Of a stretch of 64,000 nucleotides of DNA, positions 49,049 to 62,689 are shown piece by piece. The stretch covers positions 120,776,001 to 120,840,000 of the forward strand of contig OZ024745.1 of NCBI GenBank assembly GCA_964016885.1. The letters are read 5' to 3'. The notes under the pieces were generated by a model that saw nothing but the letters and a program-made list of their open reading frames with translations, was not told the DNA's origin and made no database searches. Made by a program: the position numbers and the translations under genes. Origin of the DNA: Eledone cirrhosa. Lineage: Eukaryota. Each line of letters starts with the position of its first letter. Position 1 is the stretch's first letter.

Positions 49049-51163
49049 ATGGCTACGAAAAAGAATTTGCATAGGTCACTCCCACTCATTCCGTCTTCTT
49101 TTTCCTCAATCGTCACTACAGCAGAGAGAAGATTGTCTCTCTCCCTCCCTTCTTTAAATGTGTCTCTCTCCCCCCCCCCTTCTCTTTCGCAAGCGACGAA
49201 AGAAAAGAAAAGTCTCGTGCAAAGCGTGCAAGGTTTCTCCACGACGACGACGACAGCGACGAAACAGGTGTGCGGGAAATACGAAAACCCAGTTCATTCG
49301 TCTGACGTCAGGAATAATAGCAGTAGCAGCCGTAATAACAACAGCAACAGTGACAATGAAAACAACAGTAGCAGCCGCAACAGCATCACCAGCAGCATAA
49401 ACAACAACAGCATTAGCAGCAGCAACACCAACAACAACCACAGCAACAGCGGCGGAGGCAGTAGTCGTAGTACCTGCAGCAACAACAAAAGTAACAGCAG
49501 CTCTGACGACAACAACAACAACAGCAGCAAAGAAAAACCAATCTCATTTGCAGGTATTGCGAAAAACTTGGAAACAATCCTCATAACAAATGAGGAATTA
49601 GAGGAAGCGAAGAAGATGGTGACAAAGAATGGACACCGAGCAATCTGCAAGGCAGCGGAAAAATTTTTCGAAACTCAACAGCACTGTACGGTCACGTACC
49701 GTACAGTAAGTACAAAACCCCTTAGGGTGGAAAGAGCCACAGAGGCACAAATACAAAAAGCCTTGGGGTCTGTGTTGCAGCGGAAAACGCACATCACCCG
49801 AGGAAAAAAATATGTCACCGTAGACGTACTTTTTGCCACACCCCAGGAGGCAAAGGCCCAATCCGTAGTGACCCTAAGGAGCGAGGAAATGGTGTTGGTG
49901 CCCTCCTACTGCGGGCAAAAAATTGTGAGGGTCAAACTGACCCACGTCCCCCCCCCCCCCCCCGGAATGGCCCCTTCTTGGCTGGCCGCGTTTGTCCTCG
50001 TCGGAATCGAGGACAAAACAACTGTACTGCAAGTACAGAAAAAAGTAAGAGAAGATTGGGTCGGCACCTCCATTGAGATGCTAATCCAAACCAACCAGGA
50101 GTGCATCGAAGCTATCCCGGATGTGATAGACTTCGATAACGGCACTCAACTGCCCATAAGTGTTGAGGGAAAACGCCCGAAATGCTTTCGCTGTGGGTCG
50201 AAGACTCACCTCAGGGCCTTCTGCAACGAGAAGACCCTGAGAAAGGAGAAAACCCCCCTCCTTCCGAAACCGGCTCCACGGCTACCAGCAACAGGACAAG
50301 CGGCAACCAGGAACGATAGGTCCGTAGCACCCATACCCACGCCACGGAAATCAAAAACAGCAGCAGCAGTGGAAATATTAACAATAACAACAGCAATACC
50401 AAATGCAGCTGCAACAGAGACTCCAGTGCAAACATCACCAACAACAACAAGTGAAAGAGTGGAGCTGGTACCCCTCCCCGACCTCACAGAATCAGACATG
50501 GAGTGTGAGGTGGGAGAGGGATGGCAAAAGGTCGTAAGAAGGCACAAACGCAGAAGTAGCGCATCGTTGCCTTTGAAAAGGGAGGAAAGAAATGAGAAAA
50601 GGGTAAAGTCTACTGCAAAGAGAACCACAGCAGCAACACCACCAACACCATCACCACCCACACTAGCACCACCATCACCACCGGCGACAACCCCACCGCC
50701 AACAACACCTTCAACACCACCACCACAAGCACCAACATCGCAAACACAACAACAAAACACACACACCCAGCAACAACGACAAGAAAATAGCAGAACCACA
50801 CCCCACCCCCAGAAAAACAAATGCACGACAATAAATACACACAACAAGAAACTAATGACTTACATAATTGAACATACAGACATTTCACAACACGACTACA
50901 TCATACCAGCACCAATCAAAACGCCAACTAACATAAGACTGCTAAAAATAGCACAGAAACAATACACAAACATTAAAACGAAATTCCCCAACGCAGTTGG
51001 TGATTTCAGGGACCTAGGAGGAACTATCAATCGAAGAGTATATTCAGACATTCTCTTAGAAGAGCCGACGACCAGCCGAAGGGACGATTCAACGGTCCCT
51101 TCACCAGACGATCAAGTGAAAAGAGATGTAAAAACCATCCCTCCTCTACCAAAGGTACGGTAA
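49049..51163 (+). CDS. LINE ORF1 nucleic-acid-binding protein
   Basis: 704 aa; zinc knuckle CFRCGSKTHLRAFC; basic KVVRRHKRR; Asn/Ser- and Pro/Thr-rich tracts; ends 35 nt before ORF2. Confidence 0.85.
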   Translation: MATKKNLHRSLPLIPSSFSSIVTTAERRLSLSLPSLNVSLSPPPSLSQATKEKKSLVQSVQGFSTTTTTATKQVCGKYENPVHSSDVRNNSSSSRNNNSNSDNENNSSSRNSITSSINNNSISSSNTNNNHSNSGGGSSRSTCSNNKSNSSSDDNNNNSSKEKPISFAGIAKNLETILITNEELEEAKKMVTKNGHRAICKAAEKFFETQQHCTVTYRTVSTKPLRVERATEAQIQKALGSVLQRKTHITRGKKYVTVDVLFATPQEAKAQSVVTLRSEEMVLVPSYCGQKIVRVKLTHVPPPPPGMAPSWLAAFVLVGIEDKTTVLQVQKKVREDWVGTSIEMLIQTNQECIEAIPDVIDFDNGTQLPISVEGKRPKCFRCGSKTHLRAFCNEKTLRKEKTPLLPKPAPRLPATGQAATRNDRSVAPIPTPRKSKTAAAVEILTITTAIPNAAATETPVQTSPTTTSERVELVPLPDLTESDMECEVGEGWQKVVRRHKRRSSASLPLKREERNEKRVKSTAKRTTAATPPTPSPPTLAPPSPPATTPPPTTPSTPPPQAPTSQTQQQNTHTQQQRQENSRTTPHPQKNKCTTINTHNKKLMTYIIEHTDISQHDYIIPAPIKTPTNIRLLKIAQKQYTNIKTKFPNAVGDFRDLGGTINRRVYSDILLEEPTTSRRDDSTVPSPDDQVKRDVKTIPPLPKVR

Positions 51164-51198
51164 GTGGTCTTTCCCATCTTTTCCACTCTATTTTAAAC

Positions 51199-54100
51199 AT
51201 GACCTCACTCAGAATAGGCAGCATAAATGCGCGTGGCTTGGGGTCGTCATGGAAGCAGGGTCACCTGCTCAACGACCTCAGGTCACTAAACATAGATGTA
51301 GTGGCCATCAGCGAGACCAGAATCTCCGAAGCACAGGCCTTCGCACCGATCTTCGGCGGCTACGATGTGTACGCATCTCCCAGCCGTCCTGGATCGGGGG
51401 GAGGAGTTGCTGTGCTTTTTCGGAGAGGTTTGGATCTCGCCATACGGGCCATCTTCCTGGACCCAGAGGGTAAGCTGGTGGTGCTGGACGTGACCAGCGG
51501 AGACGGGCAAGCTTTCAGGCTAGTGGCCGTCTATGCCCCGACAGGAGCAGGGCGGCCTGATTTCTTCCGGCGTCTGGAGACCTTTCTTGGAACGTCCCGC
51601 TCTTTAGTGTTAGTGGGCGACTGGAACGGATCTTAGATGCACGCTGGGACTGTGTGGGATTAGCGGATAGGGGTGGAGGGTGCAAGAGCCTCACCAACCT
51701 GCTCAGGCGTTTTGAACTGTCTGACAGGTACCGATTGGATTTCCCGAATGCGCCAATGTGGACTTGGACAAATCGCATAGGGTCATCCAGATCATATCTA
51801 GATAGAGTATTTTGTAGGGAAATAGATAGGTCTAGCATAGGCTGTCCACAATTCAAGATAGTCAGCTACACGGACCACAAATTCGTGATCTGTGTGCTTG
51901 ACTTAGATAGGCTTCATAGACGAGGACCCGGCTACTGGAAGCTAAACGCGTCCTTACCAGCGCGCAAGGCCTACAGAGACCGGATTAGAGAACTAGTTAA
52001 GCGGGCGTTGACGGGGGCCATCGTCAACAACAAGTGGTGGTTTGCTCTGAAAAGAGCGATTAGAATAGAATCGATTAGGTTTAGTAAGGCTTTAGCAATA
52101 GAGAAAAATAGAGCAGAGGGAGAACTAGTTAGAAAATTAGACGAGGCGTTTAGCAAAGGCATTGCGACCGATGTGCTTGCGGCGAAATTGGCCCTTGACC
52201 AATTCTTCAATGCAAAGCACGAAGGCTGCGTTGTCAGAGCAAGGGTGCGTGCTCTCAGACACGAGGGGACGAAAGCCGTTCAATGGGCCCGAGTGGCGGA
52301 GGCGCGTCGTGACAACAAAGCCACGATCCGGTCTTTGGTGGACCACGACGGGCGCATGCTACTCGATCCCGGGCAAATGTGTGAAGCTTTTCAGCGACAC
52401 TTCGCTCAGCTGTTCGGGGGCAGCGGTGGGCCGGGTCGAGGGATGGACTTTAGTGTCTACCTCGACGAACTGCCGCGGCTCTCGGCCACTGAGGCGAAGT
52501 GTTGCGAAAAGCCGATAACAGCCGCTGAAGTAAGGGAGGCAATGACTGGCTGCACAAGAGGTAAATCGCCTGGTTTGGATGGTCTGCCCTATGAACTTTA
52601 CGTACAGATGCCAGACTTGTTCGGAGGCCTCTTGGCGGACGTCTACTGCAACTGGCAACAGAACGGGAGAATTCCCAGTTCTGTGAGCCGAGGAGCGGTG
52701 GCACTGCTGAGAAAGGATCCGAACAAGGGGGATAACATAGATAATTTCCGGCCCATAACTCTGCTAAACACAGAGTTCAAGATTTTGGCCAAGGTGCTAG
52801 CAAAGAGGTTGGCGCTTGTCGTTGGTGGTCTGGTGGGAGAGGCGCAGACATGCGCCATTCCCGACAGATCCATCCACGACAACCTCCACCTCATGCGATA
52901 CATCGTAGAGAGGGTAGCTAAGGAACCTGGCACGGGTGGGTCCTTGATCAATTTAGATCAGTCAAAAGCTTTCGATAGGGTCGACCATCGTTACCTAGTG
53001 GCAGTCCTGAGGGCGGCTGGCTTTGGGCCCGTCTTCAGAGGCTGGATCGCTGCCATGCACAGCGACATCTGCTCTGTGGTGAGAGTGAACGGTCACCTGT
53101 CGGAACCGTTCAACATCATGCGCTCGGTCCGCCAAGGATGTCCCCTCTCGTCCCTCTTGTACGTATTGACTCTCGAGCCATTACTGCACAAACTGGAGAC
53201 GTTGAGGGGAGTCCCGCGCGAACTAGGATGCGGAAGATCCGTGTCAGCATATGCGGACGATGTCACCGTAGTGGTGTCGAACGCCAAACACATCGAGGCG
53301 ATCGGCACTACACTAAGAGAATACGAAGCGGTGACAGGAGCAATGATCAACCAGGAAAAGTCAGTGGGCCTGCAGCTCGGCACCTGGAGAGGCAGGTCCA
53401 TGCCGTCCAACAGCGTCGTCGGACGCTGGACGGACGGACCGGTTAAATTGCTAGGGGTCTGGTTCGGTCCGGACCTCCAGACGGACAAAAACTGGGACGA
53501 GGTGACGAGCAGGGTGGCTTCTCTCACCCAGAAATGGGCGGAGAGGAAGCTATCCCTGAAAGGTCGAGCGGAGGTGGCTAACGCGTACATCGCGTCTGTC
53601 ATCTGCTACCGCCTGACCGTCGTACCTTGTCCTAAGCCTCGCCTGACTGCGCTGGAGCGTTTGCTCTTTCGCTTTTTGTGGAAGGGACGCGCTCCGATGG
53701 TCAGGCGGTCCATCTGTTGTCAACACCCGCTACGTAGAGGGCTGGGCATGCCGTGGCTGATGATGCGCAGGCACGCGCTCAGGCTACGACATCTCCACCT
53801 CTTCCTCGACGGTGATCAGGTGTGGTCGCCGTTTGCTAGACACGTATTTCCCCAGCTCGTTTCCTTGACGGAGCTGCAGTCCTGGGTCAAGCGAAGACCG
53901 AGAGGGAGCGCCTGGAGACTGGAATGTCTTCAGGCGCTCACAGCCCTCGACCAATCGGGCAATGTGATCGGTGGAAACTCCACCTCGGCGTTCTATAGAG
54001 GATTAGTGGAGGGGAAGAGCGACGACGTACTTGGGGAAACTCTAGGCGTCGACGAAAATCAACTAGCCAATCTCTTCGGAAGAACTTTCGGGCCAGGGCC

Positions 54101-54617
54101 TATGGACAACTTCCAGAAATCTCTGGCCTGGCAGTGCTACCGAGGAGCCTTGCCAGTTCGGGATAAACTCTACAGGCATGGAGGTGCCGTCAGCCGGGCA
54201 TGTCCGAGATGCGCACAGGGCGACGAAACCGTCCTGCACGCACTCGTCCAGTGTCCGAAAATTGCTGACTTGTGGGTTTATGTCGAACACCTGCTGTCGC
54301 GTTTAGGACGGATCCAGCTATCATCTGAGTCTATCGTGAGGATTGCCCCGCCCTCCTCCTTTAGCCGGGAAGGGCAGGCAGTTTTTATCTGTCTGGTGGC
54401 CATGGCGAAAGAGATAGTATGGTGGACACGTTTGAAAGGGCTGAAGACGAGCACTTACCTCTTCGGTGATGCTCTGATTGACTTTTTCAAATTTCATTTG
54501 AAAAGGAAAATCAGAGTAGAGAAGGAAGTGCTCTCTTCCCAGCATTTTGTTGAAAGATGGGTGAGAGAAGCAAGAATGGCCCGAGTGAATGGGCCGACTC
54601 TGAGTATATATCTGTAA
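51199..54617 (+). pseudogene. LINE ORF2 (APE endonuclease, reverse transcriptase, C-terminal zinc finger) with one frameshift near 51629
   Basis: SINARGL, ISET, VYAP, GDWN, SYLDRVF, TDHK; NFRPITLLN, LDQSKAFDRV, RQGCPLS, YADD; CPRC...HALVQC. Confidence 0.93.
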
Positions 54618-54870
54618 ACTAAAGGTGGAAAACTGGGAGAGGGCACTTGCCTTGGTGGTCAGGGTCATTGTGGCTTTTTACTGGGCTTTCTCCACAAATG
54701 TCCCTCCGAAGTCTCCCCCCTATTGGGGAATTTTTCATTGTTATTTTTTGTTACACCCTCTGTTTTTTTTTGTTTTTTTACATGCAGAAATGCCCATTTG
54801 TACTGTACTGTATTGTCCTGCACTGTCCTTAATGTCTAATTTATGTAAACCCTTGTGGTTAATAAAGAAA

Positions 54871-54922
<52 letters not shown>

Positions 54923-55180
54923 CTTGCTAACCTGTAATTTGATTGAACAATTCAGCTAATCCTCCCAAAATCTCATCCAGTTATCCATTCAAGCATTTAA
55001 GTTGCTTTCCTCGTCCTTTCTCCTCATCCTCCTTCTCCTCCTTCTCCTCATCCTCCTTCTCCTTCTTCTCCTCATCCTCCTTGTCCTTTCTCTTCATCCT
55101 CCACCTCTGCTCCCCACCACATTCATTAAGCCATCCATAATACATTGGACGCACCTGACATTCCCCACCTATACAGCTAC

Positions 55181-58100
55181 ACACACACTCATCTGACAAT
55201 CTCATATACACACACACTCATCTGACAATCTCATATACACACACACTCATCTGACAATCTCATATACACACACACTCATCTGACAATCTCATATACACAC
55301 ACACTCATCTGACAATTTCATATACACACATACTCATCTAACAATCTCATATACACATACACTCAGCTGACAATCTCATATACACATACACTCAGCTGAC
55401 AATCTCATATACACATACACTCATCTAACAATCTCATATACACACACACTCAGCTGACAATCTCATATACACACACACTCATCTAACAATCTCATATACA
55501 CACACACTCATCTGACAATTTCATATACACACACACTCATCTAACAATCTCATATACACACACACTCATCTGACAATCTCATATACACACACACTCATCT
55601 GACAATCTCATATACACATACAATCATCTAACAATCTCATATACACACACACTCAGCTGACAATCTCATATACACACACACTCATCTAACAATCTCATAT
55701 ACACATACACTCATCTGACAATCTCATATACACACACACTCATCTAACAATCTCATATACACACACACTCATCTAACAATCTCATATACACATACACTCA
55801 TCTAACAATCTCATATACACACACACACTCATCTAACAATCTCATATACACACACACTCATCTAACAATCTCATATACACATACACTCATCTAACAATCT
55901 CATATACACATACACTCATCTGGCAATCTCATATACACACACACTCATCTGACAATCTCATATACACACACACTCATCTAACAATCTCATATACACATAC
56001 ACTCAGCTGACAATCTCATATACACACACACTCATCTGACAATCTCATATACACACACACTCATCTAACAATCTCATATACACACACACTCATCTGACAA
56101 TCTCATATACACACACACTCATCTGACAATCTCATATACACACACACTCATCTAACAATCTCATATACACACACACTCAGCTGACAATCTCATATACACA
56201 CACACTCATCTAACAATCTCATATACACACACACTCATCTGACAATCTCATATACACACACACTCATCTAACAATCTCATATACACACACACTCATCTAA
56301 CAATCTCATATACACACACACTCATCTAACAATTTCATATACACACACACTCATCTAACAATCTCATATACACATACACTCATCTAACAATCTCATATAC
56401 ACATACACTCAGCTGACAATCTCATATACACATACACTCAGCTGACAATCTCATATACACACACACTCATCTAACAATCTCATATACACACACACTCATC
56501 TAACAATCTCATATACACATACACTCATCTAACAATCTCATATACACACACACTCATCTAACAATTTCATATACACACACACTCATCTAACAATCTCATA
56601 TACACATACACTCATCTAACAATCTCATATACACATACACTCAGCTGACAATCTCATATACACACACAATCATCTAACAATCTCATATACACACACACTC
56701 AGCTGACAATCTCATATACACACACACTCATCTAACAATCTCATATACACATACACTCATCTGACAATCTCATATACACACACACTCATCTAACAATCTC
56801 ATATACACACACACCCATCTAACAATCTCATATACACATACACTCATCTAACAATCTCATATACACACACACACTCATCTAACAATCTCATATACACACA
56901 CACTCATCTAACAATCTCATATACACATACACTCATCTAACAATCTCATATACACATACACTCATCTGGCAATCTCATATACACACACACTCATCTGACA
57001 ATCTCATATACACACACACTCATCTAACAATCTCATATACACATACACTCAGCTGACAATCTCATATACACATACACTCAGCTGACAATCTCATATACAC
57101 ACACACTCATCTGACAATCTCATATACACACACACTCATCTAACAATCTCATATACACACACACTCATCTAACAATCTCATATACACATACACTCATCTG
57201 ACAATCTCATATACACACACACTCATCTAACAATCTCATATACACACACACTCATCTGACAATCTCATATACACACACACTCATCTAACAATCTCATATA
57301 CACACACACTCATCTAACAATCTCATATACACACACACTCATCTAACAATTTCATATACACACACACTCATCTAACAATCTCATATACACATACACTCAT
57401 CTAACAATCTCATATACACATACACTCAGCTGACAATCTCATATACACATACACTCAGCTGACAATCTCATATACACACACACTCATCTAACAATCTCAT
57501 ATACACACACACTCATCTAACAATCTCATATACACATACACTCATCTAACAATCTCATATACACACACACTCATCTAACAATTTCATATACACACACACT
57601 CATCTAACAATCTCATATACACATACACTCATCTAACAATCTCATATACACATACACTCAGCTGACAATCTCATATACACACACACTCAGCTGACAATCT
57701 CATATACACACACACTCATCTAACAATCTCATATACACACACACTCATCTAACAATCTCATACACACACACACTCATCTAACAATCTCATATACACACAC
57801 ACTCATCTAACAATCTCATATACACACACACTCAGCTGACAATCTCATATACACACACACTCATCTAACAATCTCATATACACATACACTCAGCTGACAA
57901 TCTCATATACACACACACTCATCTAACAATCTCATATACACACACACTCATCTAACAATCTCATATACACACACACTCATCTAACAATCTCATATACATA
58001 CACACTCATCTAACAATTTCATATACACACACACTCATCTAACAATCTCATATACACACACACTCATCTAACAATCTCATATACACATACACCCAGCTGA

Positions 58101-58866
58101 CAATCTCATATACACACACACTCATCTAACAATCTCATATACACACACACTCATCTAACAATCTCATATACACACACACTCAGCTGACAATCTCATATAC
58201 ACACACACTCATCTAACAATCTCATATACACATACACTCAGCTGACAATCTCATATACACACACACTCATCTAACAATCTCATATACACATACACTCAGC
58301 TGACAATTTCATATACACACACACTCATCTAATAATCTCATATACACATACACTCAGCTGACAATTTCATATACACACACACTCATCTAACAATCTCATA
58401 TACACATACACTCAGCTGACAATTTCATATACACACACACTCATCAAACAATCTCATATACACATACACTCAGCTGACAATTTCATATACACACACACTC
58501 ATCTAACAATCTCATATACACACACACTCATCTGACAATCTCATATACACACACACTCATCTGACAATCTCATATACACACACACTCATCTAACAATCTC
58601 ATATACACACACACTCATCTGACAATCTCATATACACACACACTCATCTGACAATCTCATATACACACACACTCATCTGACAATCTCATATACACACACA
58701 CTCATCTAACAATCTCATATACACACACACTCATCTGACAATCTCATATACACACACACTCAGCTGACAATCTCATATACACACACACTCATCTGACAAT
58801 CACATATACACACACACTCATCTGACAATCTCATATACACATACACTCAGCTGACAATCTCATATA
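55181..58866. repeat. 29-bp satellite array, about 127 copies
   Basis: Unit CTCAKCTRACAATCTCATATACACAYACA. Confidence 0.98.
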
Positions 58867-59219
58867 TCCACTGAACACATTCCTCCAACTGAAATATATA
58901 TGTGTATGTGCCTATTAATATGTATGTGCCTGTTGTTATCTTTGTGTGAAAATGGCTATTGCTATGTGAATGTGTATGTGTATGTGGTTATTTGTGTGTG
59001 CATGAGTATGTGCCCGTGGCTCTGTGTGTGTGTGCATGCGTGCATGTATTTCAGTGTTTTGATATGCAAATAAAGGAAAGGTACTCATTGCATTATGGAG
59101 AGATTTATTCACACTGACATATACACATACATATGCACTCACACGTTATCATCATCACCATCACCATCATCATTACCAAATGTACTTTAGTTGTAACTTT
59201 TCTTTTGTTGTATGTGTAA

Positions 59220-59878
59220 CTAAAACTTCTCTATATGTACTATAGCTAAATATACCTGGCTAAAACTACTCTATATCTACCACAGCTATATACCTGGCTA
59301 AACTACTCTATATCTACCACAGATATATATACCTAGCTAAAAGTACTCTATATGTACCATAGCTATATACCTGGCTAAAACTACTCTATATGTACCACAG
59401 CTATATACCTGCCTAAAACTACTCTATATGTACCACAGATATACATAACTGGCTAAAACTACTCTATATGTACCACAGCTATATATACCTGGCTAAAACT
59501 ACTCTATATGTACCATAGCTATATACCTGGCTAAAGCTACTCTATATGTACCACAGCTATTTATACCTGGCTAAAACTACTCTATATGTATCAGGTCTAA
59601 ATATACCTCGCTAAAACTACTCTATATGTACCACATTATCTGGTACATAAAGCTACTCTATATGTACCAGAGCTAAATATACCTGGCTACAGCTACTCTA
59701 TATGTACCACAGATATATATATATACTTGGCTAGAACTACTCTATATGTACCAAAGATATATATACCTAGCTAAAACTACTCTATATGTACCACAGATAT
59801 ATATACCTAGCTAAACATACTCTATATGTACCACAGATATATATATACCAAGCTAAAACTACTCTATATGTACCACAT
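59220..59878. repeat. About 40-bp minisatellite, about 16 copies
   Basis: GCTAAAACTACTCTATATGTACCACAGCTATATACCTG with variable TA tract. Confidence 0.95.
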
Positions 59879-61193
59879 GATAATACCCTGATATTTTTCT
59901 TTTTTTTTTTATTCAGCTCAATTTCAACAATAAAAAGATAACAAAACCAGGTTTTGTTACCCAACACTTCCTTATCCTGTTTGATCAGGATGAAGATGGC
60001 CATCTGAAAGAATAAGCCCCTCATTATGGATCGGTTCTTTCAGTACATCAGCCTCACCATCCTTAGGATAACACATTCAACATTTCATCTACTAGGAGCA
60101 TGAAACTTTTGCTTGATTCACTGTGACTTGCTTAGTTTTTCCTCATCATAAATAATATATTTTGTAGGTCTGATGTAATGTTTGGTATGTTGAGGATGTG
60201 CATTCACAAGGAATGATTCTCAGTTTTAGGGAACTCAGGCATCAACTAGTTCCTTGTCAAAATAAACCCTATCAATTTGTATATAACAGTTTCTAATTTA
60301 GGCACAAGGCCAGCAATTTAGAGGGAAAAGTCAATTAAATTGACCTCAGTACTTTACTGGTACGGAAGGATGAAGGCAAAGATGGCGTTGGTAGGATTTG
60401 AACTGAGAATGTAAAGAGCTGGAGCAAATACTGTTAAGCATTTGTCCGACACTCTATCAACTCTGTCTCTCCAATGCCCTAATTTCACAAATAACAATGA
60501 TAATAATTGTTTCTACTTTTGGCACAAGGCCAGCAATTATTCCAGTGTATTACTGGTACTTTATTTTATCGACCCCGTAAGGATGAAAGGCAAAGTTAAC
60601 CTCGACAGGATTTGAACTCAGACCATAAAGTGACGTAACTTTGCTGGAAAGCATGGCATCCGACCCTCTACCTGTACTGCCAATTCATCACCTTCACTGA
60701 TAATAATAATGGTTTCTAATATAAGCACAATGTCAGCAATTTGGAAGGAAGGGAAAAGTCAAATTGAACCCAGAATGTGGCTGATGCCTTATTTCATTAA
60801 CCTTGGAAGAATAAAAGGTAAAGTTGATGATGGAAAGATTTGAATTTAGAATCTAAAGTCTCGGAACTCCATTTTGATGATTCTGCAGATTCACTACCCT
60901 CAATCTGTAAATAACAGAATACTTTATGTGTATATGTCTGACTGGAAAAATATGGAAATTTGGCTTCAATAGATTGGAAGAGTTTCTAAAGAGAATTGAA
61001 ACTGCAAGACGTGCAACCTCCCTCACCATGTTTTTTTTTTTAGTTTCACAGTGTCATCATCATTAACATCATGATGATGATCATCATCATCACCATTTAA
61101 TTTGAGGCAGGTTAGAGTCAGGTGACCATATCCTGCTCATACAGAACTTTTTATGGCTAGATTTCTACATTTGGATGCCCTTCCTAACGCCAA

Positions 61194-62275
61194 CCACTTT
61201 ACAGTGTGGACTGGGTGCTTTTTGTCGCAACACCTACACAACCACTTTACAGTGTGAACTGGGTGCTCTTTATCGTGACACCTACACAACCTCTTTACAG
61301 TGTGGACTGGGTGCTTTTTGTCGCAACACCTACACAACCACTTTACAGTGTGAACTGGGTGCTTTTTGTCGCAACACCTACACAACCACTTTACAGTGTG
61401 AACTGGGTGCTTTTTGTCGCAACACCTACACAACCACTTTACAGTGTGGACTGGGTGCTTTTTGTCGCAACACCTACACAACCACTTTACAGTGTGAACT
61501 GGGTGCTTTTTGTCGCAACACCTACACAACCACTTTACAGTGTGAACTGGGTGCTTTTTGTTGCAACACCTACACAACCACTTTACAGTGTGAACTGGGT
61601 GCTTTTTGTCGCAACACCTACACAACCACTTTACAGTGTGGACTACTGGATGCTCTTTATCGTGACACCTACACGACCACTTTACAGTGTGGACTACTGG
61701 ATGCTCTTTATCGTGACACCTACACGACCACTTTACAGTGTGGACTGGGTGCTCTTTATCGTGACACCTACACGACCACTTTACAGTGTGGACTGGGTGC
61801 TTTTTGTCGCAACACCTACACAACCACTTTACAGTGTGGACTACTGGGTGCTTTTTGTCGCAACACCTACACAACCACTTTACAGTGTGGACTGGGTGCT
61901 CTTTATCGTGACACCTACACAACCACTTTACAGTGTGGACTGGGTGCTCTTTATCGTGACACCTACACGACCACTTTACAGTGTGGACTACTGGGTGCTC
62001 TTTATCGTGACACCTACACGACCACTTTACAGTGTGGACTGGGTGCTCTTTATCGTGACACCTACACGACCATTTTACAGTGTGGACTACTGGGTGCTCT
62101 TTATCGTGACACCTACGCGGCCACTTTACAGTGTGGACTACTGGGTGCTTTTTATCGTGACACCTACACGACCACTTTACAGTGTGGACTACTGGGTGCT
62201 TTTTATCGTGACACCTACACGACCACTTTACAGCGTGGAATGGGTACTTTTCGCCATGACACCTACACGAGCACT
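61194..62275. repeat. 48/51-bp tandem array inside an RTE-tail repeat, about 22 copies
   Basis: CCACTTTACAGTGTGGACTGGGTGCTTTTTGTCGCAACACCTACACAA, with or without CTA; shorter arrays at 23180-23390 and 32668-32940. Confidence 0.95.
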
Positions 62276-62689
62276 TTGAAGCTCTGCTGTTCTTCACTGT
62301 ATTACTACATGTCTAAAGTCATCTCAACTTTCATTTAACATGTGGTTATAGATGGGAAAACATGAGTAAACTAAGAGATATTAGGACTATATTATTTACT
62401 AATTAGAGGTGGCGAATTGGCAGAGTCGTTAGAAGGTCGGGTAGAATGATTTGTAGCATTCATTTTGGCTCTCTACTCTCTGAGTTCAAATCTCGCCGAG
62501 GTCAACTTTGCCTTTCAGCCATTCATGGTTGATAAAAAAAAGTACCAGTCAAGTACTGGGGTCGATTCTTCCTCTATATCTCTTTCTCACTTCCTTTCCA
62601 TTACTCTCTCCATCAGGTTTAAGAAATGCCCTAGAAACATTGTATGTCAATCTGGCACCCCTACGACTCCTCAGGAGTTACAGGTCTAT

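Larger units (their letters stand above)
48832..54921 (+). mobile_element. Apparently full-length Tx1/L1-clade LINE
   Basis: 5' UTR, ORF1, ORF2, 3' UTR with AATAAA and (TTA)n tail. Confidence 0.93.

Noticed and set aside
49154-54290. Many antisense and alternative-frame ORFs over the LINE
   Set aside because: Shadows of GC-rich or low-complexity coding sequence with no motifs
48500-54921. LTR retrotransposon suggested by 330-bp direct repeats
   Set aside because: The repeats are LINE 3' ends with TTA tails; no TG..CA, PBS or integrase; APE-RT architecture
61194-62275. CRISPR-like appearance of the 48-bp array
   Set aside because: No unique spacers and no cas genes; the unit derives from a retroposon tail
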